Shown in pieces: positions 28,501 through 41,952 of a DNA stretch of 64,000 nt. A program made the position numbers and the translations under genes. Position 1 is the first letter of the stretch. Each line of letters begins with the position of its first letter. The DNA comes from Octopus vulgaris. Lineage: Eukaryota. The stretch is taken from NCBI GenBank assembly GCA_951406725.2, contig OX597823.1:35030001-35094000 (forward strand). Reading direction: 5' to 3'. The notes beneath the pieces were generated by a model. That model saw only the letters and a program-made list of their open reading frames with translations, was not told the origin of the DNA and did no database searches.

Positions 28501-29214
28501 TGAGAAGGGCTGGGTCTATAGAGCTCGTGTACCTATGCCTTCCAACAAAGACTATGTGGTACGACCAAAATGGAATGTTGATGAAAACCCGAGGGTAAGA
28601 CAATCATTTACTTCATTTTTCTCTTTTATACTGTCTCTGCATCTTTATCCTTCTCTTTCATTCTCTATATTTAATTTATCTTTTCCTTTTGCTGTGTTTC
28701 TTTATGTTCAACTTCTTCCTCTTTCCTTCGTCATTTTTACTTTCTTCCTCTCCTTTATTTGTCCCCTCTCTTTCTGAGATTTTTATCCCTCTTCAATTAT
28801 TGCTTAGCAAGCTGTTTTCAAACATTTTACAAAATAGTTTGTCTGGTGTTTGAGAGCTCTGAAAATCAGTGAAATGATACCAAAGAGATGCTCTATTACT
28901 TACTTCATGTTCTGTCACAATCGAAAGACAAACAGTAAAACAGTGAAGATATAAAAGTCTGTATTATTTAAATTAACAACCAGAACATGTGTATTCTCAG
29001 AAAAACTTGTTTTTAAAGATTTTTTGATAAGATTGGGAGCAATATTTATAAATTGAATTCATTTTTTTTCTCTTCTCAATCCTTACAGAAGTCATCAAAG
29101 AAAGCTCTCACAAGATATGAAGTTCAAATGCGTCAGTTCCAAGAAAAGAAACGGCGAAATAAAACTCAACGTGCTGTCACAATCAGTATCGAAGGACGTA
29201 ACATGTCTTTATGA
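1860..29214 (+). CDS. IWS1: Protein IWS1 homolog (Spt6-interacting elongation factor), 5'-partial, 15 coding exons
   Basis: Exons read by hand with AG/GT boundaries and continuous phase: 1860-1921, 6851-8010, 8770-8915, 12555-12594, 12800-12860, 15202-15395, 18322-18469, 19624-19706, 20981-21032, 21412-21489, 24749-24866, 26164-26272, 26892-26951, 28486-28594, 29089-29214 (TGA). IWS1-like motifs: [104 protein letters not shown]. The start-codon exon was not found in the window. Confidence 0.95.
2820..3380. repeat. Dispersed repeat with internal subrepeats (probable non-autonomous transposon); related copy at ~52770-53275
   Basis: Recurring unit GATTTGCAGCATATTAGGAGGTCAGGGTACTTGATTCCACGCAAAAAATCCG (with variants) occurs several times here and at 52.9-53.3 kb. 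Confidence 0.65.
4505..4590. repeat. Compound (CT)n/(TA)n microsatellite
   Basis: Direct reading. Confidence 0.9.
4588..4760. repeat. Perfect 45-bp inverted repeat with 83-bp spacer
   Basis: 4588-4632 ATACTTTATAATTAGGGTTCAGCAAAGATTTGCTTCACCACATAC is the exact reverse complement of 4716-4760. Confidence 0.9.
5860..6070 (-). mobile_element. Degenerate RTE-like LINE reverse transcriptase fragment
   Basis: Translation [22 protein letters not shown]...[22 protein letters not shown] resembles RT domains 2-3 (QFGF...FVDLEKAFD). Confidence 0.55.
9229..9459 (-). mobile_element. Penelope-like element RT C-terminal fragment
   Basis: [21 protein letters not shown]...[27 protein letters not shown] matches the FLD...YRKP...SNHP pattern of PLE RT thumb regions; it abuts a (TA)n run. 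Confidence 0.7.
9479..11325 (+). mobile_element. Cluster of RTE-tail retroposon (SINE or LINE 3' end) copies with (GAT)n tails
   Basis: Shared 3' module GGAAGGGCATCCAGCCGTAGAAAC...ACCCATGCCAGCATGGAAAACGGACGTTAAACGATGATGAT ends at ~9685, ~10900 and ~11322. An opposite-strand copy lies at ~9687-9990, and there is an internal ~190-bp tandem duplication at ~10285-10675. Confidence 0.8.
11795..12290 (+). mobile_element. Degenerate RTE-like LINE ORF fragment
   Basis: Interrupted translations [16 protein letters not shown] and [12 protein letters not shown] are typical of the region just before the RT. Confidence 0.6.
17218..17721. repeat. ~500-bp foldback (arms ~250 bp, loop under 10 nt), MITE-like, in an IWS1 intron
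   Basis: TTTCAGATTGGTATTTCTAGTTGCATGTAATGCCAGAAAGTAG... pairs with ...CTACTTTCTGGCATTACATGCAACTGGAAATACTAATCTGAAA; centre TGTCAA-GTTGTTT-TTGACA at ~17465-17483. Confidence 0.9.
21560..22900 (-). mobile_element. Degenerate LINE APE-endonuclease region
   Basis: Translation ...QVYAPN... and [10 protein letters not shown] (APE motifs YAP and GDxNA); many stops. Confidence 0.55.
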
Positions 29215-29319
29215 TCCATATTCTATTCTATTCTTTTCACATACACAACAACAACAATTGAACTGAATTGAAATCAGCTTATCTCCAGTAAAACAAGAGA
29301 TTATTATTATTATTATTGA

Positions 29320-31050
29320 GGCAGTGAGCTGGCAGAATTGTTAGCTCGTTGGATAAAATGCTTAGGGGAATTTCATCCGTCTTAATGTTCTGAGTTCAAA
29401 TTCTGTTGAAGTCAACTTTGCCTTTCATCCTTTTGAGGTCAATAAAATAAGTAACAATCAAATACTGGTTTTGATATAATCAACTTTCCCCTCCTCTCAA
29501 AAACTGCTGGCTTTGTGCCAAAATTTGAAACAATTATTATTATTTTGTCTTTTTTTTTACTTTCAGCATTGCAGTGAGGTAGCAAGATCTTTGTCTTTCC
29601 ACCACATTGCAGGTTGGCACTCAGTTTCAGTTACTAATAGGAACTGACCCACTTCACTTTACTCTGAACATTACTGGGTACTCTTTGCAATTCCCTTAAC
29701 TCTGTGAATCAAGCTTGGGAATTGTTTTTCTTTTATTCTAATTTTAAACCATTTCACATCTCAGTAATATCTTTGGAAAGGTCATTAATAATACATTTGC
29801 TAACCCTAAAAAAAAATATTCATACCTATATAAAAATCCTTACCACCCAAGTGCTTGGCTTGTATCAGACCAAGTTTTTACATGCTGCAGGTGTTGTATT
29901 TTGTCCTTAGGCAATATCTTAACTTTATTTGCCTAACAAACTATAATTATCATAAAAGATATTTTGTTACTTATTGTATTATAAATTAAGCAGTGGAGTG
30001 GCAGATACAGTAGAGTATTGCATTGTCACCTCTTTACATTCTGAGTTCAAAAACCTGCCAGGGCTGATAATAAGTACCACTAGTAAATTGGGTTTGATGT
30101 AATTGATTGTGTCTCTTCCTCAAATTTGTAGGTGCCAATGTTGTTGTCATCATCATCATCATCATTATTAAGGCAATGCACTGATAGAACCATTAGCTTG
30201 CTGGACAAAATGTTTAGCAGCATCTTCATGTTCTAAATTCAAATTCTGCCAAGGTTGATTTCGGCTTTCATTCTCTTAGGGTCGATAGAATAAGTAGCAG
30301 TTGAGTGGGGTCAATGTACCCGACTTACCACTACCTTACCAGAAAAATTGCTGGCCTTGTGCCAAGATTTGAAAGCATTATTATTATTATTATTGAATAT
30401 TGAATCCTGTGCAACATCTTCAATGATGATAATAATAATAATGCTTTCAAATTTTGGCACAAGGCTAGCAATTTTGGGTGAGGGGTTAGTCGATTACATT
30501 AACCCCAGTACTCAACTGCTACTTATTCTATTGACCCTGAAAGGATGAAAGCCAAAATCAACCTTGGCGGAATTTGAACTTAGAATGTGAAAAGGTGGCA
30601 AGCTGGCAGAATCATTAGCGTGATGGGTAAAATGCTTAGTGGCATGTTGTCTGTCTTAATAGTCAGAGTTCAAATTCCACCAAGGCCAACTTTGTCTTTC
30701 ATCCTTTCAGGGTTGATAAAATAAGTACCAGTTGAGCACTGGGGTTGATGTAATCAATTTAACCCATTCCTGAACTTGCTGGTCTTGTACCAACAGTTGA
30801 AACCACAATTGTTGTTGTTGTTATTATTATTATTAATACTATTATTATTATTATTATTATTATAATCATCATCATCATTATCATCATCATCAAGGTAGTG
30901 AGCTGGCAGATTTTGTCTGTCTTTATGTTCTGAGTTCAAATTACACCAAGGTTGACTTTGCCTTTCATCCCTTCAGGGTCAATGTAATCAATGAGTCCCC
31001 TCTCCCCAAATTTCAGGCCTTATGCCTATAATAGAAAGAATCATCATCAT
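29320..31050. mobile_element. Cluster of SINE copies (probably tRNA-derived) with (ATT/CAT)n tails, downstream of the IWS1 stop
   Basis: Repeated head GGCAGTGAGCTGGCAGAAT..TTAGC, B-box-like GAGTTCAAATTC and core TTTGCCTTTCATCC..GGGTCGATAAAATAAGTACCAGTT; several + copies and one - copy (~30440-30590). Others occur at ~34890, ~38960 and ~43250. Confidence 0.75.
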
Positions 31051-32017
31051 CACCATCTTCATCATCATCCCTGTATGTCTTTGGAACAGAACTTTTCTTA
31101 TATTTTTCTTTTCTTTACGTATTTTATCAATTTCTGATTCAATAAACAAAGAAAAGTGTCTTTATATAAGATTCTCTTTTTTTTTTTTATTTCAATTTCT
31201 GGTACTCTGACTGTCTTGCTTAATAGTTCTTGGAGGATCAAAGAATTTGCTTCAAACTGTATATAAAATATGTTGTGATCATCAGCAGTAAGCAGTACAA
31301 AATTAGTTTTTAACTCTTTTGATAGTAACTTATCTGAGACTTCTAATTCTGTGATACAAATTCCTTGATTTTAAAGTGATTAAAATTAAACCTCCCATCA
31401 AAATTTTATGTTTATTTATATTCCAAACGCTAGATTAATAACAACAAATTATCGACTATATTAAAGTGTTATGGTGAAAGTATGTGGATGATAGAATGAG
31501 GGAGAACATTAAATGAATGCTGCTGACTTGTATACACATACATGCTCTGAAGACAATTTGTTGTGTGTATGTGTGTGCACATGTACCAATAGTGTTTGAC
31601 TTTCTCTCTCTCACTATTTACCTGATGATTTAACATGTATAGAAAATCATTAATAAGATGTTCTGTGCTCCTTCATAAATTATGTTTAACAGTATGCTAT
31701 AAATATGGATTTTTACAACAATATTATTGATTGTACTCTTGAATTTCTTCATTAAATATGTCTAACAGTATATCCTGGGAATGGAGCTTCCCAAGTATCT
31801 ATATATTAATAATCATGCTCTTTCTTTGTAAAAGATATGTATCAGTATATCCTTGGTACAGATATTATCTACCTCTCTCTACTCAATTCTTGCTGTGATC
31901 ATTGTCTACTGTTATACACCAAACTACATTTCAGTAATACAGTAATTTAAAAATTACAGAGATGTACTTGCATAGCAAGTGACCTGATCTGAGATCATGT
32001 GCTGAAACCCAAACAAC

Positions 32018-32284
32018 TGTAGCAGGGAAGGTGTTTACAAGCCATTTAAAAACACACAAAATCCATTAGATTCACTTCAACATTTAAATTTAATTTGTCA
32101 AAATATTTTCTTTGCTTTGAAACTGCGACCTGTTCACTGACAAAATTCCTCGCAAAAATTTTGTCAGTGAACAGATTGCAGTTTCATAGCGACGAACATA
32201 TTTTGACAAATTAAATTTAAATGTTGAAATGAATCTAATGGTTTGTGTGTTTTTAAAAGGCTTGTAAACACCTTCCATGCTGCA
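32018..32284. repeat. ~270-bp foldback (arms ~130 bp), MITE-like
   Basis: GGAAGGTGTTTACAAGCC...TGTTCACTGACAAAATT pairs with AATTTTGTCAGTGAACA...GGCTTGTAAACACCTTCC. Confidence 0.85.
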
Positions 32285-33097
32285 ATAATTTAAGAAGTAC
32301 TTGGTATTATATATTTGGTAATAATATTGGACAAAGAGTAGACATAAGAATTAGGAATAAAGAGAGGTGAATCGGGGATGATGTGAAGCATTAATTCGAG
32401 AGGAAATGAAATAAATTAATTTTAGAAATAGAGCCAGGTGTTGTATGAGGAATGATGTAACTGAAGCTAATATGAAAAATGTGAGAGTTGTTAACCAAGA
32501 AACAAGGTAAATATGAAAGTTGTCAGGTAAGAATATTTTGCATAAGCCAGAATGAAAAAAACAGGCTAGAAGAGAGAACATGACCAATAAGAACAAACTA
32601 GATTTGCTGGAAATTGATCAAAGGACCATGAAGGAAATGACAGGGTATTATAACTTACTGAGTCGGAAATGTTTATGGCCAGCATTGTACCACAAAATGG
32701 GCCATAGGAATTTCATGGGTACTGCTAGTTTAAAACATTTTTGCATCTGTTTGTGTGTTTGCAAAATTACTGGAAAATGGCTCAACAGATTTTCACCAAA
32801 TTTGGCAAAAATACTCATTGGGTGTGTGGCTTGAAATGAGGAAAATTTGGATTGATTATCTTCAAACATAGATATGCATATGTGTGTGTGTACAGTGATG
32901 GATTTGAGGGTTTCATTTATTTAGGAGTTGATTTCTTAATTTCACTGGTATATAAATACTATAAATCAGTTCAATAAAAAAGCATGGGTAAGCAATGCAT
33001 TGTAAGCCACACTATAATTTGTGAAAAAATTTATCTGCACGCAGGGCATGTATCGCCCCCTCCAATGCCTTTTTTTTTCTTTTCAGAGTCTTAAGAG

Positions 33098-34690
33098 AAT
33101 CATCATCGTCGTTTAACGTCTTCTTTCCATACTGGCCTGGGTTGGATGATTTGACTGACGGCTGGTGAACCAAATGACTGCAATCTGATCTGGCAGAGTT
33201 TCTAAAGCTGGATGCCCTTCCTAATGCCAACCACTCTGAGAGTGTAGTGGGAGTTTTTACGTGCCACCGGCACGAGGGCCAGTCTGGCAGTACTGGCAAC
33301 GGCCACACACAAATGGTGTTTTTTTATGTACCACTTGCACAGGAGCCAGTCCAGTGACACTGGCAATGACCTCGCTCGAATGTTTTTTCACATGCCACTG
33401 GCACAAGTCCCAGTAAGGTGATGTTGGTAACAATCATGCTTGAATGGTGCTTTTTACATGCCACCGTCACGGAAGCCAGTCAGCTGCTCTGGCAACGATC
33501 ATGCTCAGCTGGTGCTCTTAGCGCTCCACTAGCACGGATGCCAGTCATTGAATTTGATTTCACTTGCCTCAACAAGTCTTTGCAATCAGAGTTCAGTGTC
33601 CAACAAAGGAAAAGTATGCATAAATGGGCTGGTTACACCCCTGGCATAGGCCACGGGTTATGATCTCACTTGGCTTGTTGGGTCTTCTCACGCACAGCAT
33701 ATTTCCAAAGATCTCAGTCACTAGTCATTGCCTCGTTGAGGCCTAATGTTCGAAGGTCGTGCTTCGCCACCCTATCCCAGGTCTACCTCTTCCACAGGTT
33801 TCCTCAACCGCTAGGTCATGCCACTTTTACACACAGCTATCCTCATCAATTCTCACCACATGACCATACCAGAGAAGTCGTCTCTCTTGCACACCACATC
33901 TGATTCTTAGGTCCAACTTTTCTTTCAAGGTACTTGCACTCTGTCGAGTATGCACACTGACATTACACATTCAGCAGAGCATATTGTCTTCATTCCTTGC
34001 GAGCTTATGCATGTCCTCAGCAGTCATGGCCCATGTTTCACTGCTATGTAGCATGGCTGTTTGTACACAAGTGTCATACAGTCTAGCTTTTACTCTGAGC
34101 AAGAGGCCCTTTGTCACCAGCAGAGGTAAGAGCTCTCTGAACTTTGCCCAGGCTATTCTTATTCTAGCAGCTACACTTTCAGTGCACCCTTCCCCGCTAC
34201 TGACTTAGTCACCTAGGTAACGGAAGCTATCAACTACTTCTAGTTTTTCTCCCTGGAATGTGGCGGAAGTTGTTTTCTGCACATTTTCAGTGTTTATTGC
34301 TCCTGAGCATCTGCCACATACAAATACTATCTTCCCAATTAGCCTTCCTTTGATATTGCTGCACCTCTTATGTGTCCATAGCTTACACTAGGTACATCTT
34401 ATAGAGTTTCTACCTACGCCTTTTCTACAGATCATGCTGGACCATCTACCTGAAGGGATTTGTGGTTTGTCTGCCTTCCTACTTTTAAGAACTTTGGTTT
34501 TAGTTAGGTTGACTCTAAGGTCCTTCAATACTAATCCTTGCCTCCACACCTGGAACTTCTCCGCTACTTCTGATAGTGACTCAGCATAGAGGAGCTCCTG
34601 GGGCATCCTGTCTTGAATTCCTGTTATTGCCTGGAGGACTATGATAAATAGGAGGGGGCTGAGGACTGAATCTTGGTGGAACCCTGCCCC
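33098..34690 (-). mobile_element. 5'-truncated RTE-clade LINE (RT C-terminal part plus 3' UTR with (GAT)n tail)
   Basis: Minus-strand translations PLLFIIVLQAITE, CPQELLYA (degenerate YADD) and LRVNLTKTKVL...CRKGVGRNSIRCT; the 3' end matches the retroposon tail module seen at 9.5-11.3 kb. Confidence 0.75.
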
Positions 34691-35136
34691 TACCTCTACT
34701 TGGAATGAAGATCATTATTTTTCTTATCAGAACTCTGTTGGGTTTGTCTTTTCCTTTTGCCAGGCTTCATGGCCTCACTAATGTAAGTTTTCTCACATAA
34801 AAGGTATATGGGCATTGTTGTCTTAGGAAACAAAGGTATAAATCCAAATTTTAATACTCTTATGAATATTGTTTGCACTTGTTATTAGAGCCAGCAGAAT
34901 TGTTACTGCACCAGGCAAAATGCTGAGTGGCATTTCATCTGTCATTATGTTCTGAGTCCAAATTCCACCAAGTGCCTTTCATCCTTTTGGAGTTGATGAA
35001 TTAAGTACCAGTTGTGCACTAAGGTTAATATAATTGACTTACTCCTTTCCTCAAAAACTACTGCCAATATACTTGAATTTATACAATCATATACCAGCTT
35101 GGTAATACCTCTTAATAACAAAAGGTGTTGATTATC

Positions 35137-35175
35137 TACTAGTTGTCACTAAACTTAGTTTAGTGACAACTAGTA
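35137..35175. repeat. Perfect palindrome, 19-bp arms with 1-nt spacer
   Basis: TACTAGTTGTCACTAAACT-T-AGTTTAGTGACAACTAGTA. Confidence 0.95.
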
Positions 35176-36523
35176 AATACACATGGTAAAACAGCACAGA
35201 AAATTACACAGCTAAAATATTCAGTACAGCATTACCTTAATCCGGATTTTCATTGTATGCTTTTGTTTTATTCGTATTCTAATAAAAAAAAATTTGCCAT
35301 GTCAATTTGAGAAAAGTAAAAAATATTGTGGTTTGAATTTAAATATGCTGTTGCATTTCAATATAGAACATTTATTCTATATTGGCCTTTCAACTCATTT
35401 AGGAATGTACTTATAAAATTACTGGTGTCTTACCTCGAGGTAGCTCTATGCTCCATCCACTTCATAGCCTAAAACTGAAACTATGCATTTGACTAATAAG
35501 TGATGTTTTTTTTAATCTTTAGGATACTCATTGCCAATATTTCATATTAAATGGTCAATACTCTATTGTTTGGCGATAAGGTACACAATTCTACTTGTTT
35601 CAGTTGACTTAATTGGATAATAGCTAATAAAGGAATCAAGTCAACAAAATAGCTGAAACAAAGGGCTTCCAAACAGTTGCTTCACTTCTTAGAAATAGCA
35701 GCCAAATCTTCCTCAAATCAAACTCTACTATCATTTAGAAAATGTTCTACTGAGTACACAGTACCTAGAAAATAAAATAGGATGATTGTGGTTGGAAAGC
35801 TTTTAATTATAATTTTTTTCAATCAACAGCACAATTTTCAAGATCTTTCAATTCTAAGTAAAGTTACTGCTTGTTAGCATTCTATCAAAGAGCTGAGAAG
35901 AATATTTGCTTATTACTCATTTCACTTCAAAATATCAGAGATAAGCTAAGTGATATATTGAGTTACTTTATCATCTATTATATCTAATACTTAATACTTT
36001 GAAAATGTAGACATTATTTTCAAATGTTTATATTTTTGGTTTTGTAGTATTTACATCTACAAATGCATGAGAAGAGTATAAAAAAACCTAGTTGGTAAGA
36101 TATAGGAAACAAGTTAATACTATGATTTACTGATGAAGTCTAATAACTCAAGAGCTTGCCCAAAGTTATAACCCTACTATTGAAAAACGAACACACTCAC
36201 TGTCTTTATTTATTGTGATGGCAGCTAGTCACATATATGACAACTTTAACATGAAATACAAACTTTTGTCAACAACACTAATAGTAAATCCTGTTCTATG
36301 ACACATTCTACCAGTATCCAAAGTGTTTAGTTACAAAAAATTAATTAATCGATTTGACTACCAGATTGAAAAGATCCCACTGAGATATGTAACCATTATT
36401 TTTCATATACATGTACTTACATAAATATACACACTCATGTATAACCATTATTTAGCTATCCTTCAGTTTGTCAACAAAGATAGAGTTAAATGGGTTGTTC
36501 CTGTGTGTGCGTGCTTGTTCTTG

Positions 36524-36981
36524 GGTACTACTAGCGAAGACTGGACCCGGTGCGCGCTAGCTAGTCAATCATACAACGACTTGCCCGTATGCAAACGAGT
36601 TGTGTTGTAGGTTGGAAGACAAGGGTGGTGATGGTGGGGTTTTAGTGTAAATAAACAAACAAAACCCTTCATGGAATGCTGTAATATGCTCTCCTCTCTC
36701 GCTCAGACATTCTTACACACGTAATGAACTGTTACCAAAATATCTTCATCTTATCAAATCCATCAATCGATATCAACTTTCCATCTTAAGGATATTGTTT
36801 CTTCTTTCTCACATATATATACCTGAATGATGTACCTACTATGGATGGTCTAAAAACTAGTAAAATATATCACACACATTTTATTTGATGTGTAAAAAAA
36901 TCATATACATTGTTCAAAGAAATAATTTATTTACTTTTACGACTAGGTAGCGCGGACCGGGTAGTCTTCGCTAGTAGTACC
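36524..36981. mobile_element. MITE with GGTAC termini (Merlin-like TIR)
   Basis: TIR GGTACTACTAGCGAAGACT...AGTCTTCGCTAGTAGTACC, extending imperfectly to ~40 bp. No TSD was recognised. Related single ends occur at ~42186 and ~55438. Confidence 0.7.
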
Positions 36982-37454
36982 GAAACTATTTACATATTGG
37001 AACATACATGCCAAGAATCGTCAAATGTTTAATTCAGATAGAATCGAATGAAGGAAAATCACCAAACTATTCTTACGTCTGCGCAGAAAGTCCAGACAAC
37101 ATACGGCTCTCGCCGTTCATCCCGGACCCGCTTAGACTCGGTCCAGATCCTATTTTCCAATTTCAAACAACGGTGGGGATTGCGTTGAGAGGAAGAATCC
37201 CTTCCGCCAACTTGCTTTTCTGACAGCAACCAACAATAGTTACCTATTTATATTCTGCAGTCCATAACCTCGTTACAGCTCGCCTCCACGTCGCGTAAGC
37301 TATTCTAACAAAATATAGGCTACGGTGAAAAAGATAACCGTAAATGAAACGATCATGCGACAATTTTAATGCTTTCACTTACTTCCATATTGTTAGGCTA
37401 AACATTCAAAAGCATATCAATAATAAAAGAGGTGACTCAAAGTAAGATATAAAT

Positions 37455-37470
37455 GGCCCTGAAAAGGGCC
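37455..37470 (-). terminator. Histone 3' stem-loop (H4)
   Basis: Reverse complement GGCCCTTTTCAGGGCC, 30 nt after the H4 stop. Confidence 0.95.
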
Positions 37471-37500
37471 GGTGTGTGATGAAGCTTAAGAATCTTGAGC

Positions 37501-38517
<1,017 letters not shown>

Positions 38518-38539
38518 GTTGCTTTTAGCATTGTAGAAT

Positions 38540-38555
38540 GGCCCTTTTTAGGGCC
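38540..38555 (+). terminator. Histone 3' stem-loop (H3)
   Basis: GGCCCTTTTTAGGGCC. Confidence 0.95.
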
Positions 38556-40832
38556 CCTATATTATATCGAAGGTCCCCTCGCTTGATATGCTTTTCGCTT
38601 AGTTGCATTTTTCAGATTTCTGCTGTCTTTATACTTTATTGCCTTGCTTAAACGAATGAGACCCAAGCTGTGATGGTCAATCCTCTTAGGTACACGTATG
38701 TGGTCGTTTTGATTTGCGTTCATTTTGTGTGTGTATTAGAGAAGTTCTTATCTTAGACTGGAGCGCGATATTTTGATGTTATCACGATGTCGTACGTTTG
38801 GGTTTTAATGGGCAAAGTTCGTTGTTTATCAGTTCCTTTCGTTACGTCTATGTATAAAGAAATAGGTTTTAAGAAGTTAACTCTATTTGAAATATCTTGT
38901 GTGTTTTGACTGAGTTCGGACTGAATCTTGCTTTATGTACTGCATATAATCCCTGAGAATTTTGGGTGAGGGGTTGGTCGATTACATTAACCCCGGTACT
39001 CAACTGCTACTTATTCTATTGACCCTGAAAGGTTGAAAGCCAAGACCTGCCGTGGCGGAATTTGAACTTAGAATGTGAAAAGGTGGCAGAATAATTGGAG
39101 TGATGGGTAATATGCTTAGTGGCATGTCTGTCTTAAATTGATTTTAAGGTTTTTTATCAATCTTGAATCGTCTCAAAATGAGGTTTATAAATGCCGTGCG
39201 TAAGGCAGGATTCTCCCGCATAACCGACTTTAAACAACCCGTTTCCATTTCCCCATTACAGTCTTAGTTTTTTTTTTTTCTCTTAAGTCTACTGTCCACT
39301 GAACATTAGTGAAGTGGTTACATAAATATTACTCCCTAATATACATACTGTATTGTAGTAGGTAATCGGTCACCGTGTAGTACTCTTTGAATTGAGCATT
39401 GTTTGCGTAGTGGTTCAGTTTAATAAAATTATAACCGTACATCGTTCTGTTCCTGTCATTTTCCCGTTATATGCTTTTTTTTTGTCAGTTTGGAAACAGT
39501 TGGTCTGATAAAATTTGAAAGTGAATTGCTCGTGTTTAAAAGGGGTCCGTTATTTGAAAATTTTTCTGACCGTCAACACAATATTACCGTATGGACATAC
39601 GGTACATGTACTTAAATTTTCATTTCAATTAAATCGAATCTGATAAAAATCGCTGGCAATATCACCTATCTATAGAGAAAAGGTATTCACTTCTAATAGG
39701 CGATTCTTCAGAGCAAATAGTATCCCGCCCCGTACCGTATGGACATACGGTACATGTACTTAAATTTTCATTTCTTTGTCTATTAATGAAACGTTTCCAT
39801 TTTAGAAAGTAAGTATTTAAATGCCTAATAGTTTAGAAACCTTTTAAAACCGTTTCTTATATTTATTCTTTTACTTGTTATTTGACTGCGGCCGTGCCAG
39901 AGCACTACCTCAAAGAAATCGACACCAAGTTTTTCAATGTAAGCCTATCGTCTCCTTTTGCTGAACGGGGGCGCAGACACCAATATCGGTTGCCAAGCGA
40001 TGGTGGCGGGGAACAGACACATACGACTGGTTTCTATCAGTTCCGTCCACCAAATCCATTCAAGGGATATAGAAGTCATTGTAAAATACCAGCTACCGAT
40101 ATTAAATTTTCTAAATTTGTTGAATCTAAGATTCGTTATATTTTCAGTCTGGCTATTATTTTAACAATAACTTTATTAGTGATGCTATATATAATAGGAG
40201 GTTGATTTATTCAAATAACAGGCGGGGGTTTTCAGTTGCGCAACAAACGTCGTTCACTCCGCGGTGTTACGGTAGGAACTCGTTGAGGGGGCGAGCCTTC
40301 TTGTATTCATCTCAGGAAGAAAACAGCAGCAGTAGGCGGGTTTATTTTGACTGGAAGTGATTTAAAGCAGTTTTATGATTTTAAAAAGAAGCAGTGAACA
40401 GCCTTTTCTGTATAAAATAATAAAATAGGGTCTCTAGCACATCGCACGACCACCTGATACCTTCCTCGTTATTTTCTCACTGTAGTTTTCCAATATCTTA
40501 AAATTTACAACCCGCTCCTTCGTCGCTGCGGGTTGTCGAACATGCAAATTGAAATTAAATAGACAAAGGATTTGCATCTTACTAGGTTGCCTCAATTTCA
40601 AACTTTAAACTTTCTCATTTATTCACCTATACCTTATCTCTCTACACAAAATTATCGAAAACGTAGGAGTGACATTTGAAAACTTAGGGGAAGGGTAGAT
40701 TGAGATGGACAATATAAATTTTGGGGAAAAAAAAAAGCTTTAAAACTTAATTGGGGAGATGAAGTAGAAAGGATTTAAAAGACAAAAATCGCAAACAAGA
40801 AGTCGAAAGAAAACAATACGCAAAGTGTGAGG

Positions 40833-40848
40833 GGCCCTGAAAAGGACC
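40833..40848 (-). terminator. Histone 3' stem-loop (H2A)
   Basis: Reverse complement GGTCCTTTTCAGGGCC. Confidence 0.9.
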
Positions 40849-40888
40849 GTTGATACGATAAAGCACAAATGCCTCAGTAATAAGTAAT

Positions 40889-41266
40889 TTACTTGGCTGC
40901 CTTCTGAGTCTTCTTGGGGAGAAGGACAGCTTGGATGTTGGGAAGAACACCACCCTGGGCGATGGTCACTCCAGACAAAAGTTTGTTCAATTCTTCGTCG
41001 TTACGGATGGCCAACTGCAAGTGACGGGGAATAATTCTCGATTTCTTGTTGTCTCTGGCAGCATTTCCTGCCAATTCCAACACCTCAGCAGCCAAATATT
41101 CCATCACAGCGGCCAAGTAGACTGGGGCTCCGGCACCAACACGTTGAGCATAGTTTCCCTTACGGAGAAGACGATGGATACGACCGACGGGGAACTGAAG
41201 CCCGGCGCGGGATGAACGGGTCTTGCTCTTTCCCTTTACTTTACCTCCTTTACCACGTCCAGACAT
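40889..41266 (-). CDS. H2A: Histone H2A
   Basis: 125 aa [29 protein letters not shown]...[11 protein letters not shown]; the true ATG is at 41266 (the ORF track extends it upstream). Confidence 0.98.
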   Translation of the reverse strand: MSGRGKGGKVKGKSKTRSSRAGLQFPVGRIHRLLRKGNYAQRVGAGAPVYLAAVMEYLAAEVLELAGNAARDNKKSRIIPRHLQLAIRNDEELNKLLSGVTIAQGGVLPNIQAVLLPKKTQKAAK

Positions 41267-41532
41267 ATTCAAAGATTGACAGTAACGTTCAGCAAAATAC
41301 TCCAAATAATATTTTTTTGAGCTTCTTTTGCCTTTAAATACAAGTTAGGAGGCTCCAGCAGTCAGAAGCTGCTAAGCGAAAACGAGCGCGGGATCATGTC
41401 ACGTGATTAGGCTGCTGTCAAAATCCACCAATGAAATTGAAAGGCGCGCAATGTCAGCTAGTTGCTCCGCTGAGCCTACTTGTCCCTTATAAATAGAGTA
41501 GGCAAGCAGTTGGACAGTACGTAACTGACATT
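41267..41532. promoter_or_regulatory. Divergent H2A/H2B promoter
   Basis: TTTAAATA at ~41333, TCACGTGA at ~41399, CCAAT at ~41427, TATAAATA at ~41488; a near-identical copy lies at 54524-54789. Confidence 0.75.
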
Positions 41533-41910
41533 ATGCCACCAGCACCAGCAACTGCTTCGAAAGGAGCCAAGAAGGCTTCCAAGGCTAAGGCCTCTCGCCC
41601 TACCGGCGACAAGAAGCGAAAGAAGAAGAGGAAGGAAAGTTATTCCATCTACATCTACAAAGTAATGAAACAAGTCCACCCCGACACTGGCATCTCCAGC
41701 AAAGCTATGTCCATCATGAACAGTTTTGTCAACGATCTGTTCGAAAGAATAGCCTCTGAATCTAGCCGTTTGGCTCACTACAACAAACGTTCAACCATCA
41801 GTAGCCGTGAGGTTCAGACTGCTGTCCGTCTTCTCCTCCCTGGTGAGTTGGCCAAGCACGCAGTCTCTGAGGGTACCAAGGCTGTCACCAAGTACACTAG
41901 CAGCAAGTAA
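41533..41910 (+). CDS. H2B: Histone H2B
   Basis: 125 aa [10 protein letters not shown]...[26 protein letters not shown]...AVTKYTSSK. Confidence 0.98.
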   Translation: MPPAPATASKGAKKASKAKASRPTGDKKRKKKRKESYSIYIYKVMKQVHPDTGISSKAMSIMNSFVNDLFERIASESSRLAHYNKRSTISSREVQTAVRLLLPGELAKHAVSEGTKAVTKYTSSK

Positions 41911-41936
41911 ATCTTAGTCTTTGCTCTGCGAATAAC

Positions 41937-41952
41937 GGTCCTTTTCAGGACC
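41937..41952 (+). terminator. Histone 3' stem-loop (H2B)
   Basis: GGTCCTTTTCAGGACC. Confidence 0.95.

Noticed and set aside
41267-41305. N-terminal extension of H2A in the ORF track ([13 protein letters not shown]; also 54524-54562)
   Set aside because: It starts at a non-ATG codon in the 5' leader; the canonical start is MSGRGK.
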